A DNA stretch of 64,000 nucleotides from a virus: the IMG/VR virus record IMGVR_UViG_3300049027_000140, positions 34,116-98,115 of that record. One strand, written 5' to 3'. The notes under the pieces are model-generated. The model did no database searches. It saw only the letters and a list, made by a program, of their open reading frames with translations, and was not told the origin of the DNA. Both the position numbers and the translations under genes were made by a program. How positions within the stretch are numbered: position 1 is the first letter of the stretch; each line of letters starts with the position of its first letter. Below are positions 35,968 through 46,057 of the stretch, in pieces.

Positions 35968-36845
35968 CCGCGGATTTGCTCGATAGCGATCGACGACTGG
36001 AAATCCAGTATCCGCATCGAGGCGGCTACGCTGGCGTGGTACGGCGCTCGCACCTGCACACCGTAATGGTACTGCTTGTCGATCGTGACAGGCGCATCTG
36101 GCGTGAGCACCGTGTCCACCTCGGCAGACCACGATGCTGGGTCGTGCGCGTCCTCGACGTCGCCGAGCGGCACCGGGGTCTCCCCCTTCCCCCATCGGTA
36201 GAGAGTGTATTCCGGCAACGTCAAGCTGCTATTGCCGGCTACGCCCTGGGTCGTGATCGTGACGCTATTGATCGTGCCGCTATCCGGCAGCTCCAGTAGC
36301 TCCACGAAGAAAAACCGAGCGGTCGTCTCGTCGCTGGTTTTTATAGACGGGCCGTCGAGGCCAGTTTCCAGCCACGCGCGCGGTGACTCCGGAGCCGTCC
36401 CGCTGTACGTCACAGAGGCCAGCCTCCAAGCGCAGCGATGCACGTTCCGGCTGGTGACCAGAGGCCACTTGTTATTCTGCCACGTCGCGTCGCCGAAGAT
36501 GTTCAGTTCGGCGCCAGAGCTGATCTGGAGCAGGCTCCCGAGTTGGAAGACGTGCGACGAATTGACCTTCATCCGCAGCAGCGAGCCGTCCTCCATGGAC
36601 ACCTCGCCATGCATCTCGAAGAGGCTCGCCGCGTCCTGCTCCAGATCGCCGTCAACATCGAGGAGACCGGTCACATTGAGGCCGGCTCCGCCGAGGATAA
36701 TCGGCGCGGTCGGCGCATGCGTGCTCCCGTCCGCCGCATTGATGAGCTTCGGCCAGCGCGAGTCGATCTCCTCCATCTCGGTCGAGAGCAGCGCGCTATT
36801 GCCCGCCCAGACCCCGCCGACGCGAACCGTTACGAAGTTTGCCAT
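35964..36845 (-). CDS. Tail fibre protein
   Basis: Follows baseplate genes; beta-rich; lower-GC distal half. Confidence 0.65.
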   Translation of the reverse strand: MANFVTVRVGGVWAGNSALLSTEMEEIDSRWPKLINAADGSTHAPTAPIILGGAGLNVTGLLDVDGDLEQDAASLFEMHGEVSMEDGSLLRMKVNSSHVFQLGSLLQISSGAELNIFGDATWQNNKWPLVTSRNVHRCAWRLASVTYSGTAPESPRAWLETGLDGPSIKTSDETTARFFFVELLELPDSGTINSVTITTQGVAGNSSLTLPEYTLYRWGKGETPVPLGDVEDAHDPASWSAEVDTVLTPDAPVTIDKQYHYGVQVRAPYHASVAASMRILDFQSSIAIEQIRG

Positions 36846-37805
36846 TTACAGCGTCACAGCCTCAAAGGGTGTCACGTCCATCGGCGACTCATCCAGGAGG
36901 AACGGCCCGGCTTGCCCAGGTTCCGACTCGGCCACGATGTCCCAGGTGCTCACGGCGCGCGCGATGCGCCTCATGAGGTCGTGAACGCGTCGGCGCTTCT
37001 CCGGGTCGGCCGCTGCCACTGCGGTGAGCACGACGAGCGAGTGCCGCTTCGTGCTCATCCACATCGGGTAGGGCGCCGTGATAGCGAGCGTCTCAGGCGG
37101 GTGCGGCTTCGTGAACGTGGCGGTCAGGTACTCGGCGTCCACGGCCGAAGTGACCGCGGTGACCGTGACCCGCTCCTCGGTGGAGGTGCCTGGGCCGACC
37201 ACGAGTACGTCGCCCACGTGCGCCAGCAGCTGCGCGTCCTCCGCCTCGGTCTTCGTCTCGATGTACTCGACCTGCTGCGGCGCCCCGAGCCCGGTGGAGA
37301 TGGCCGGCGTGATGACCAGGCGCTTCCGGACCACCTCGGGCGGCGCCAGGTTCATGGGGCTGTCGCCGAGGTTCGCCGGGTAGAGGACCATCTCGGTCGT
37401 CGTCGTGGGCCTGTACGCCACGAAGTCCTCGCCGAGCAGCTCAGCCAGCGCGTTCTCCACGTTCGTCTGCGAGGCCCCGCCCGGGAGCAGCTGCCGCGCC
37501 TTGAGTTCGGCGGTGCGCTCCGCCATGGTGTCCTCGGCGCGCGGCGTAATGCCGTGCTCGCGCTCGAGGATCTCGAAGAAGTCGGTGGCGCTCTCGGGGA
37601 ACTGCTGGTTGCCAGCCCGCTCCAGCGCGTACTGCCCGCGGGCGAGCCCCATGGCCTGCGCGTAGAGCTTCGCCTCGTGGGGGCCGCCGCTCGCGTAGGC
37701 GTCGCCCTGGCTGCGCTTCAGGGCGCGGAAGATGGTCTCGGCGTGGGACGGCCGGCTCGACAGGGAGAGCATCCCCATCGGCGTGAAGCGCGACAGCAGC
37801 GGCAT
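36846..37805 (-). CDS. Baseplate wedge protein (Mu gp48/DUF2313-like)
   Basis: FPESATD..LERE.GI.P..T.AER...L.A. Confidence 0.75.
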   Translation of the reverse strand: MPLLSRFTPMGMLSLSSRPSHAETIFRALKRSQGDAYASGGPHEAKLYAQAMGLARGQYALERAGNQQFPESATDFFEILEREHGITPRAEDTMAERTAELKARQLLPGGASQTNVENALAELLGEDFVAYRPTTTTEMVLYPANLGDSPMNLAPPEVVRKRLVITPAISTGLGAPQQVEYIETKTEAEDAQLLAHVGDVLVVGPGTSTEERVTVTAVTSAVDAEYLTATFTKPHPPETLAITAPYPMWMSTKRHSLVVLTAVAAADPEKRRRVHDLMRRIARAVSTWDIVAESEPGQAGPFLLDESPMDVTPFEAVTL

Positions 37806-38302
37806 CAGCGACGCGTGGCCGTGAAGTGCAGATCGACAGCGCCTGCGGCCTGGTAGGTCCGGACGCGCACCCCGTTGGTCACGGCCACGACGGTGCCGCC
37901 GACGATCGCTCCGATGTCCTGATTGATGGTCAGCTCCGGCCGCGTGAGCTCAGGCGGGAACGTGTCCGCGGGCCAGGTGATCGTCGTGTCGCCGGTGCCG
38001 TTGTCGGTCACGGTGAAGTCGTCGATCCCCATGCCGGTGCGCGGACAGGTGAACGCGACCACCGCCGGGGCGCCGCCCGAGAACTCGACCGAGAGGACCA
38101 GCGACTCGACGACCTGCCCCTGCGCGGATGCCTGCTTCTGGAGCTGGTTGAGCTGCGCCGCGTACGGCATCCGCGAGCGGTCCGGCTCGAACTCCGTGTC
38201 GTCGACGAGCGTGGCGCCGCCCATGTCCTCGAGCGACGGGCGCCGGGGGCCGCCGTCTGCCGCTTCGAGGTCCCAGGAGAGTTCTTCGAGTGCTCGTGTC
38301 AT
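37805..38302 (-). CDS. Baseplate-associated small protein
   Basis: Between gp47-like and gp48-like genes; DNGTGD.TI beta motif. Confidence 0.55.
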   Translation of the reverse strand: MTRALEELSWDLEAADGGPRRPSLEDMGGATLVDDTEFEPDRSRMPYAAQLNQLQKQASAQGQVVESLVLSVEFSGGAPAVVAFTCPRTGMGIDDFTVTDNGTGDTTITWPADTFPPELTRPELTINQDIGAIVGGTVVAVTNGVRVRTYQAAGAVDLHFTATRR

Positions 38303-39810
38303 GTGGTCTGTTTCAGGATCGCCAGGTCGGACAGCGACATCAGGTACGACTCCACGCCCGGCGTGCCGACGGTCGTCACGTGCGGGATCTCAGGCGATGT
38401 GAGCTCCACGTCGGACACGGCCGAGATCGAGAAGATGGGGGAGATGAGCCGGTTCGTGATCTCGTTCGGCCACTCGGCGCTCGTCTCCGGCTGCCGCTTC
38501 TGCCGCCGGCCGGAGTCGTAGAACGTCGACACCTGCTCGCCTGGCCCGAGGCGGTCGAACTGCGACACCACGGAAGCGGCCACGAGGTTCGACGACCCGC
38601 TCCACGGAGAGGCCATCTGCTCGGCGACGGGCACGAAGCTCGTGTCGCTCACGTTGTTGGTCGTGTCGCAGGTGATGGCCCAGCGCGTCTCGGAGCCGAC
38701 GACCGAGGCGGACACGGTGCGGATCCGCTTCCGGACGAAGCGCCCACTGGCCGCGTTGTAGAAGGCGATCGTCTGCCCAACGGCCGGCGCCGGAGGCGAG
38801 ACCGCCGTGGTGTAGAGCCTGAAGGTCGTCGCCGTCGGCGTCGCGCTGGAGGACACGCGCACCGGGTCCGAGAGCGGCGGCGGCCACGGGGAGGTGTCGA
38901 CGAAGCCCGCGGCGGTGGGAGCCCACTTCACCTCGAGGGCCACGCTCACCGGATCGTCGAGTAGCGCGCAGACGAAGATGCCGTCGTCGGCCGGGAACAG
39001 CGCCTTGAGCCGCGCCTCGACGATCGCGAGCTGCGCGTCGTTCGGGATGCGCGAGCCACCCGGGCGCGCCGGCCGGAGCGTGAAGGCGATCCCGGTCGTG
39101 CCCGGACCGCGGATCGCCGGGTAGGTGAAGACCTGCTGGACGGCGAGCCCGGGCGTCTTTCGGACGGCCTCCTGGTACTCGGCGTCGTTGCCGCTGGCGG
39201 GGGGCTCTGCCCGGCGCCGTCGTAGCTCCTCGCGGTACTCCTCCGGGGTCTGCCGAGCGTGGCCACCGGTGAGCCCGGTGCCGTCCCCCGCCTCGAAGAC
39301 GGTCGCGGTCGGGTAGATGCCCTCTGGCGGGTTCGGGAGCTCGAGCACCTCGCCGGGACCGAGGTTCGTCTCGGCGCCGGTGTCGATGCCGATCACCGGC
39401 ACGAGGTCGCCATCGACGTAGGTGTCGGCGACCGCGCACTGGAACCGGAGCCGCGACGTCTTGTGCCTGAAGACGACGCCCTCGTCGATGTAACCGCCGC
39501 CCGTGGAGGCTCCGATCACGGCGTACCCGCTCGCGCCGGTCGCCTCGCCCCACTCCACCCGGATGGCGGCGCCGCGCCGCTCCAGCCACTCGCCCGAGCT
39601 GAACTCGTCCGTGGTGCCGTTGGCGATGACCTGGGCGTTGTGCCCGACCACCACGAGCTGGTCGGCGAGCGTCGACGCGTCGTTGTCTGGCTGCGTCCCC
39701 GGGCCCGTCTCTGCGTTCGGGTCGACGAGCCGGTAGTCGCGGAGGTAGTTCTGACGGTGCTGCTCGCGCGTGAAGAGGAGCAGTTCGCCGGGGAGTGAGT
39801 CTGTCGCCAT
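38299..39810 (-). CDS. Baseplate J-like protein (Mu gp47)
   Basis: G..TNL..G..L, GLTGG...T.EEYR..L, PASGN..EY, RGPGT. Confidence 0.9.
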   Translation of the reverse strand: MATDSLPGELLLFTREQHRQNYLRDYRLVDPNAETGPGTQPDNDASTLADQLVVVGHNAQVIANGTTDEFSSGEWLERRGAAIRVEWGEATGASGYAVIGASTGGGYIDEGVVFRHKTSRLRFQCAVADTYVDGDLVPVIGIDTGAETNLGPGEVLELPNPPEGIYPTATVFEAGDGTGLTGGHARQTPEEYREELRRRRAEPPASGNDAEYQEAVRKTPGLAVQQVFTYPAIRGPGTTGIAFTLRPARPGGSRIPNDAQLAIVEARLKALFPADDGIFVCALLDDPVSVALEVKWAPTAAGFVDTSPWPPPLSDPVRVSSSATPTATTFRLYTTAVSPPAPAVGQTIAFYNAASGRFVRKRIRTVSASVVGSETRWAITCDTTNNVSDTSFVPVAEQMASPWSGSSNLVAASVVSQFDRLGPGEQVSTFYDSGRRQKRQPETSAEWPNEITNRLISPIFSISAVSDVELTSPEIPHVTTVGTPGVESYLMSLSDLAILKQTT

Positions 39811-40265
39811 CAGGCTCTCAGCTGGACCTCGCGCGGCTTCTCGTCGCGCAGGAGCAGGTTCACGTAGAAGACGGTCACCAGCAGCTTCCCGCGCGCCGGC
39901 ATCTGGACATCGACCCGCACGAGTTCGATCTCGCGAGCGTCGATCATCTGGGAGAGCGCGAGTCGCACCGCGTCCTCGGCTCCCGTCTGGAGCTTCAGCC
40001 GGCTGCCGCGCGTGAGGCTGCGCAGGCGCGAGCCCAGCGTCGGGACGGCCGAGACGTCGCGCTCCTCGATGACGAGGGCCAGCGCGACCTTCTGGTCGAC
40101 CCAGTGGAGGGTCTTGTACTGGCCGTTGGCGTCGAGCACGTAGTCGCGCCGGGCGCCGTCGTAGAGGATGGCCCCGGTGGCGCGCCGCTGCGCCGCCGGC
40201 CCAGGGTCGGCCACGGCGTCATGGCCGGCCGGGCTGTCCCCCGCCGGGTCGTCTCCAGCGCCCAT
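39810..40265 (-). CDS. Baseplate wedge protein (gp46/gp25-like)
   Basis: LGSRL..L.R..AEDAVRLAL..MID. Confidence 0.75.
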   Translation of the reverse strand: MGAGDDPAGDSPAGHDAVADPGPAAQRRATGAILYDGARRDYVLDANGQYKTLHWVDQKVALALVIEERDVSAVPTLGSRLRSLTRGSRLKLQTGAEDAVRLALSQMIDAREIELVRVDVQMPARGKLLVTVFYVNLLLRDEKPREVQLRA

Positions 40266-40828
40266 CAGGCCGCCCGCGTGGTGGTGGTGGTGACGCTCTC
40301 CGGGGGGTCGACCTCGATCGGACCCCCCGGGGCCAGGGCGAGCTTCGGCAGGAGCTTCGCCATGATCCACGTGATCAGGTCCTGGTTGACCAGCGTCTTC
40401 GCGCCGGCGCCGCCGAGTTCGATGCTCGCGTCGTCCACGACCACGGTGTTGCCGCCGACCTTGAGCGTCCACGAGCCGTCGTCCCCGTCGAACAGCGCGT
40501 AGGCCACGTCCGTGCCCGTGTCGGCGTACTGCATCGAGCCGCCGCGCTTCACCTCAGGGAGCCGCCCGGCAACCCGTGGGTCGCTCAGCACGAGCGCGTG
40601 GCGCTGGTTGCCCTCGTAGCCGTAAAGCACCGTCGGGCCGAGCCGCGCGGCGCCCTCCGGGTCCACGTCCGGGTCGCGCGGCCGACCGAGGAATCCGGCC
40701 GGGTGGTACGTCTCGACAGGCTGGGAGCCGCCGGACCCGAACTCCGAGATCTGCACGCGGTAGAAGCCATCGGGGTCGCGCACGGTGTACGCGCACATCC
40801 CGAGGTCGAACGCGATCGCGCCGGTCAT
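40265..40828 (-). CDS. Baseplate spike (Mu gp45-like)
   Basis: VETYHPAGFLGRP..DPR..G.S.QY. Confidence 0.75.
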   Translation of the reverse strand: MTGAIAFDLGMCAYTVRDPDGFYRVQISEFGSGGSQPVETYHPAGFLGRPRDPDVDPEGAARLGPTVLYGYEGNQRHALVLSDPRVAGRLPEVKRGGSMQYADTGTDVAYALFDGDDGSWTLKVGGNTVVVDDASIELGGAGAKTLVNQDLITWIMAKLLPKLALAPGGPIEVDPPESVTTTTTRAA

Positions 40829-41976
40829 TCGCTGTCTCCGCCGAACACGAGGTCTTCTGGTCGCATCAGGTTGATCACGGTGTCAGTCTGCGGCCCGCGC
40901 GAGAACTCGACCGACTCAACCCAGAACGACCCCTGCACGCCGAGGTCGTAATCGTCCACCTCGACGACGGTATCGACGGCCCAGACGATGCGTTCGCGCC
41001 CGCCGAGTCGCTGCGTGGTGTGGCCGGCGAGCGTGTAGCTCAGGGACCATCCAGAGCGCCGCGCCTCCGCGACCTTCCGCCGGGCGATCGTGTCCGCCTG
41101 CCCTGGCGTCGAGCACTTCGGGTCTCGGATCACGAGCGGCCGGTTGATGCCCCACCGGACGAGCTCCTCGTCGGGGCACTCGCCGGTGAAGTTCTGCCGC
41201 CCATCCTTGCCTCCGCCGCCGCGCCCGTGAATGACGCAGCGGGAGTAGCGGCCAGAACTCCCGTTGCGGTAGCGGAAGCTCTTGACGTTGCCGGCGCGGT
41301 TCGACTCGCCGCGGCCCCGCACGATGCGCGCCACCGGCCGCTGGGAGGCGTTCGGCGCGGTGATAATCACCTCCCCCTTGGCGCCGGCCAGCATGAACAG
41401 CCCCGCGCGATCAAACTGGTCGCGCAAGAACTTGAACCACGAATCGCCCGCCTTCGCCTGGAACGGCCGGTCCTTCGACGCGGTGGTCTTCATGCCGGAC
41501 GAATCGACCGGCAGGTCCGACTGGATGACCTCGCCGCCGACCTGGATCGTGCGATTCCGCTCGTTCGTGTAGGCGATCGCGGTCTCCGGCCCGATGACCT
41601 CGGCCACGATGTCTCGTGCCAGCTCGGCGAAGGTGCCGTTGGTGAAGCTGCGGTCCGCCTCGATGCGGGAGTCCACTAGCGCAGCCAGCAGGTCGCGCCC
41701 GGAGAGGCTCACGGACGAGCCGTTCGCGTCGCCGTTGGCATCCTGGTCGTCCACGCGCCCGGTCTGCTGTAGGACGTTGCCGATCGACAACGTGTAAGGC
41801 GTGCCCGGCTGGAAGCGTTGAAGAAGCTCGCGGACCGCGCCGGCGTGCCCGATGCGCAGAGACCACGTGGACGGCTGCGTGAGGAAGCTCTGCCGGACCG
41901 TGTACGTCTCGACGACGAGCGCCTCCGCTCCGCCGAGTGTGATGCGCACGCGGTCGTCGATGCTGCCTGTGGCCAT
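40825..41976 (-). CDS. Baseplate hub (Mu gp44/gpP-like)
   Basis: TGRVD..SLSGRDL.A.LVDS; RYS..V.G; RPLVI..; GH..WAVDTVVEV.D. Confidence 0.88.
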   Translation of the reverse strand: MATGSIDDRVRITLGGAEALVVETYTVRQSFLTQPSTWSLRIGHAGAVRELLQRFQPGTPYTLSIGNVLQQTGRVDDQDANGDANGSSVSLSGRDLLAALVDSRIEADRSFTNGTFAELARDIVAEVIGPETAIAYTNERNRTIQVGGEVIQSDLPVDSSGMKTTASKDRPFQAKAGDSWFKFLRDQFDRAGLFMLAGAKGEVIITAPNASQRPVARIVRGRGESNRAGNVKSFRYRNGSSGRYSRCVIHGRGGGGKDGRQNFTGECPDEELVRWGINRPLVIRDPKCSTPGQADTIARRKVAEARRSGWSLSYTLAGHTTQRLGGRERIVWAVDTVVEVDDYDLGVQGSFWVESVEFSRGPQTDTVINLMRPEDLVFGGDSE

Positions 41977-42968
41977 CAGGCTGCGGCCCTGGGCTCCGGG
42001 CGGTACATCCGCAGCGCGGACTCGCGCGGGATGTTGAATGGGTCGCGGAGCGCGTTCAGGCGCAGAATCTCGACCGCGCGCGACTGGTCGCCGTACACGG
42101 CCCGCGAGACGTCGTGGACGCTCATCCGGTCGAGCGGCGTAACGTAGAGGATCACGCGCTCGCGCTTCCGCTCGATGTCGCGGCGCCGGTCGTCGGCCGC
42201 CGCCCAAGCGGCCAGCGTCGCCTGCCGGAGGCGAGCGTTTCGCGCGTCCTGCATCGGAGCGCGGCTCGCCACCTCCTTGGACAGCGAGATGATGCGTTGG
42301 ATCTTCAGGTCGAGCTGCGTGTTGTAAAAGTCGGCCTGGTCGTCGATGGCCAGCAGCGCGTTGAAGGCGTCGTCCAGCGCGCCGAGCAGGTCCAGCACGT
42401 CCTGCTTCGCTGCGTCCGGCGGCGGGACGTTGGGGGCCAGGAGCGGGTCCGTCGGCGGCGCCTCGAGGATGACCTGGCCCGGCGGCGTCTGCCGGTACCG
42501 CTCCGTCACGTAGGCGAGCCGCTGCTGGGCCTGCTCCACGGCGGCGGGAGCGGTCACGTCGAGGAGGCCGTTCAGGAAGAGGGTGTCGACGTACTCGCGG
42601 AACGTGAACTCGACGGTCACCCCACTGCGCTGGCGCGCCGTCATGGTCTCGGGCCAGTTCACCGCGTAGGCGGTCAACATTCCGAGCGTGGGGACCACGA
42701 GTTCCTCAGGCTTCCCGGCCTCGCAGATGTTTCGAAGGCGGTTCCACCGGCGCGGGTAGAGGTCCGCGGGCCACCCGAGAAGGGTATTGTGGAACTTCGC
42801 CCGCATCCTGAAGCTGTAGAGCTTCCGACCGAGGAGCTCGGGGGCACCTCCTGGCGCGTGCGGGTACTCGTGCACGTGGTCGCGCAGGCCACCGTCGATG
42901 CTGACCTCCTCGACGGGGAACTCGAGGCCCGCGAACGAGGCGCGCTTGAGGCGGTCGAAGGCAGCCAT
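41976..42968 (-). CDS. DNA circularization protein (Mu gpN-like)
   Basis: RASFAG.EF.V..G.R.HVHEYP..E.LGRK; C-terminal LysM-like VYGD.SR..EI..LN. Confidence 0.88.
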   Translation of the reverse strand: MAAFDRLKRASFAGLEFPVEEVSIDGGLRDHVHEYPHAPGGAPELLGRKLYSFRMRAKFHNTLLGWPADLYPRRWNRLRNICEAGKPEELVVPTLGMLTAYAVNWPETMTARQRSGVTVEFTFREYVDTLFLNGLLDVTAPAAVEQAQQRLAYVTERYRQTPPGQVILEAPPTDPLLAPNVPPPDAAKQDVLDLLGALDDAFNALLAIDDQADFYNTQLDLKIQRIISLSKEVASRAPMQDARNARLRQATLAAWAAADDRRRDIERKRERVILYVTPLDRMSVHDVSRAVYGDQSRAVEILRLNALRDPFNIPRESALRMYRPEPRAAA

Positions 42969-45439
42969 CAGGGAGTCGGAAAGCCGATGTAGTCGCCGGA
43001 CATGTCGACGCGCGGACCGGTTGGCTGCGGGCGCGCGGCCTCGGCGATGTTCATCACGTTGACGTTGAGCGTGCCGTTTGCGAGGCGGTTCAGGACTTCA
43101 TTGTTGCGCTCGAGTTGCGCGACCATCTCCTCGAGCTGCGCCTTGTCGCTCTCCATCTGCGACTGCGCGTCGAGGCTGGTGCCGACCGACCCGCCGGAGA
43201 TGTAGTTGGCGATCGCGGAGATGCCGCGGCCGATCGTGCCTTGCGTGAGCGAGGTGGTGAAGACCCCCGTCTCCGCGTCCTTCGCCGCTTCGATGCGTGC
43301 GGCGAGCTTCTCCTGCTGCGCCTGGAGCTCCTTGATGGCTGCGGGGTCGGCCTGACCGAGCGCGGCCATGCCCTCTACGCCGCCCATCACGCCCTTGGCC
43401 ATGTCGACCGGGCCTCCCAGCTTGCCCGCGGTGGCCACGGCGTTGGCGCGCGCGACGGCGGCGCCGGTGAGCGCGTCCTGCGTCTTCGACGTCGCCTCGT
43501 CCTTCGAGTTCATCACCCTGTCGATCACAAGCTCGCCGACCTGCTCGATGGTCACGGCAGTGGCTGCGATCGCGAGCGCTGCTCCAGCAGCACCGATGGC
43601 GCCGCCGGGGCCGAGGAACTTGCCTCCCTTGCCGGGCTGCCCGCCAGCGGCAGCGGGAACGAGCACAGAGCCAGCGCCGCCTGCCGCAGCGCCACCGGCC
43701 GTGAACCCGGTCTTGATCGCGCTCTCGATGCCTGCGCGGATCGTCGCCTCACCAGCGGCCCGGATGATGCTCACTCCGAGCACCGCAAACGCTGCCTTGA
43801 GCGGGTTGTCGGACACCCATACGGCCAGCTTCCCCAGTGCATCGACCGCGTCGATGGCGACCGGTCCGAGCCTCTCCAGCTTCGGCAGTACCTCTTCCGT
43901 GAACCGCCCGCCCGCGCTGGCGACCGCGTTGTTGAAGAGCTGGACCCGCGCCTCGCTGCCGGCCATCGACCGGTTGAACGACTCGGTGATCTCGCCCTGG
44001 GCCATGGCGATCTTCTTGAACTTGTCGAACTCCGCACGAACCGCGGCGAGCCCGGCGTCCCCGCCGCCCGCCTGCCGGTACGTGTTTGCGAAGCCTTCAA
44101 CGGCGCGGGCGCCCTGCACGTTGGCGAAGATCTTCTTGAACGCCGCGGGGTCACCTTTCGTGGCCTCCAGCGACTTGAGGATGATCTCCTCGGGGTTCTT
44201 GAACATCCCCGTCTTCTCGTTGTAGACCTTCTCCCCGGTCGCAGCCTCGAAGGCCTCCATGCGCGCCGGCGTGCGGAGGGTGTTCACGAACGACGCGACG
44301 CTCGTGGCGGCCTGCGTGGCGCTGGCGGAACCGCCCTTCGCGCGGCTCATCTGCACGAGCGCGCCCATCATTGTCAGGTTCTCCATCGGGTCGCCCTCGA
44401 AGGCGGTCGCCGACGTGCCGAGCTTGGCCATCTGCGTGGCGAGGTTCTTGATCTCGACCGCGCCGATCTTCCCCTGGCCCGCGATCACCTTCATGATCGC
44501 GCTGACCTTGCCGCCCTTGTTGTCGGTATCGCCGAGTGCGTTCGCGACGTCGCCGGCGGCATCCACCATGTCCTCGAGCTCTGCGCCCGTGGCGCGCGCG
44601 AGCTGGGCCATGTCCTTAAGCGAGTCGCGTCCGGCCTGGAGGTCGCCGGTCTTGGCCACGAACGCCTGGAGGCCCTGGAGGACCTTCGCGGGGTCGAACG
44701 CGGCGAAGTTGGCGACCTCGGTCGCCTGCGACATGAGGGCGCGCGGGTCCTGTCGGACGCCCGCCGGCCCCGTCGCGCCCGGCATGAAGCCGGCGTTCGA
44801 CAGGTCCGTGGCGCGCTTCTCGAGTTCGACGGCGCCGCCTACGATCGAGCCGATGTCCGTCTTGACGCCGGCGCCGCGGGCGATGTCCTGCGCCACCTGG
44901 GAGCCCGCGCGGACCATCCCGCCGACGTGGTGGATCGCGCGGTAGCTGGTGCGCCGCCCGAAGCTCTCCTGCTCTCGGTCCTCACGGGCGGCCGCGTGCG
45001 CCTGCTGACGCTCGAACCGGCGCCGGAAGGCCATCGCCGCGCGCCGGGCCCGCAGTTCCTCGTTCGCCGACCTGATGGCCTCGCGCTCTGCGTTCCTGGC
45101 CGCCTGCGCCGCCTCGGCGTCCGCCTTCCGCTGCGCGGCCGCGTTGCGCTCGATCCCGCGGCGCTCCTCTTCCTGGGCCGCGCGCTTGATGCGGGCGATT
45201 CGGTGGACCTCTGCGGCCTGGCGGGAGAGCTCTCGCTGGGCGACACGAGCGGCGCGCGCAGCCTCGTCCGACTCGCGCTTCGGTCCGCCGGCGCCGCCAC
45301 CTCCGCCGCCACCGCGGAGCGGCTTGCCGAGTTCTGCTTCGATCTGCCGGCGCGCGATCTTCGCGCCCTCCACGAAGGGCCGGTACAGCCCCGCGACGTT
45401 CGCGTCGAGCGCGGCGCCTACGCGAATGCGAATGTCCAA
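42968..45439 (-). CDS. Tail tape measure protein
   Basis: 823 aa Ala-rich helical; GKIGAVEIKNLA motif; position. Confidence 0.88.
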   Translation of the reverse strand: MDIRIRVGAALDANVAGLYRPFVEGAKIARRQIEAELGKPLRGGGGGGGAGGPKRESDEAARAARVAQRELSRQAAEVHRIARIKRAAQEEERRGIERNAAAQRKADAEAAQAARNAEREAIRSANEELRARRAAMAFRRRFERQQAHAAAREDREQESFGRRTSYRAIHHVGGMVRAGSQVAQDIARGAGVKTDIGSIVGGAVELEKRATDLSNAGFMPGATGPAGVRQDPRALMSQATEVANFAAFDPAKVLQGLQAFVAKTGDLQAGRDSLKDMAQLARATGAELEDMVDAAGDVANALGDTDNKGGKVSAIMKVIAGQGKIGAVEIKNLATQMAKLGTSATAFEGDPMENLTMMGALVQMSRAKGGSASATQAATSVASFVNTLRTPARMEAFEAATGEKVYNEKTGMFKNPEEIILKSLEATKGDPAAFKKIFANVQGARAVEGFANTYRQAGGGDAGLAAVRAEFDKFKKIAMAQGEITESFNRSMAGSEARVQLFNNAVASAGGRFTEEVLPKLERLGPVAIDAVDALGKLAVWVSDNPLKAAFAVLGVSIIRAAGEATIRAGIESAIKTGFTAGGAAAGGAGSVLVPAAAGGQPGKGGKFLGPGGAIGAAGAALAIAATAVTIEQVGELVIDRVMNSKDEATSKTQDALTGAAVARANAVATAGKLGGPVDMAKGVMGGVEGMAALGQADPAAIKELQAQQEKLAARIEAAKDAETGVFTTSLTQGTIGRGISAIANYISGGSVGTSLDAQSQMESDKAQLEEMVAQLERNNEVLNRLANGTLNVNVMNIAEAARPQPTGPRVDMSGDYIGFPTP

Positions 45440-45445
45440 GGCGGA

Positions 45446-46057
45446 TTATTCCTGCGTCGTCTCGTCGTCGTCCGCCGCTTCGTCCGTATCAGCGACGCGC
45501 GCGCGCCCGGCGCCGATGCGGTCCAGCACGACAACGAGCAGCCGTCGCGTTCCGCGCTGCTCCGCCTCGCTCATGCCCACGAACGGCGCGTCGCTCTCCA
45601 GGATCGCTGCGAGGTCGAGGAGTTCGTCGTCGGAGATCGGCTTGTAGAGCGGCGAGGTCTCGAGGTCGAAGACCTCGATCTCGAAGGCGAGGAGCTTCAC
45701 GCCCTCGGTCGACAGCGCCATCCGCACGGTATCCTCGGCGGCCCGGAACCACGGCTTGCGCTGGTCGTCCGGCTGGCAGGTCGTGCGCGCGATACGGTGC
45801 CTCAAAAGCGCGTCGTTGAAGCAGTCGACCGCCTCCGGGGTGTTCCACCGGTCGCCGTAGCGCGCGAACACGAACCGCGCCGACTCGTCCCGCGCGGCCT
45901 GAATGTCCTCGTCGGGCACAATGCGCAGGCCCATCTCGACGGGCTGCTCGGGGCGCTCCGGCCACTCCCACGAGAAGGCCTCGGGCGGGACCGTGATGAC
46001 CTTCGGCGGCCGGTGCTTCTCGGCGTCGTCCGGCTGATGCGCGGCAAACGTCGACAT
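45446..46057 (-). CDS. Tail assembly chaperone 2
   Basis: Between tube and tape measure; resembles the upstream gene. Confidence 0.6.
   Translation of the reverse strand: MSTFAAHQPDDAEKHRPPKVITVPPEAFSWEWPERPEQPVEMGLRIVPDEDIQAARDESARFVFARYGDRWNTPEAVDCFNDALLRHRIARTTCQPDDQRKPWFRAAEDTVRMALSTEGVKLLAFEIEVFDLETSPLYKPISDDELLDLAAILESDAPFVGMSEAEQRGTRRLLVVVLDRIGAGRARVADTDEAADDDETTQE

Noticed and set aside
33313-36845. Invertible tail-fibre cassette or diversity-generating retroelement
   Set aside because: No invertase, flanking inverted repeats, reverse transcriptase or TR/VR pair seen.
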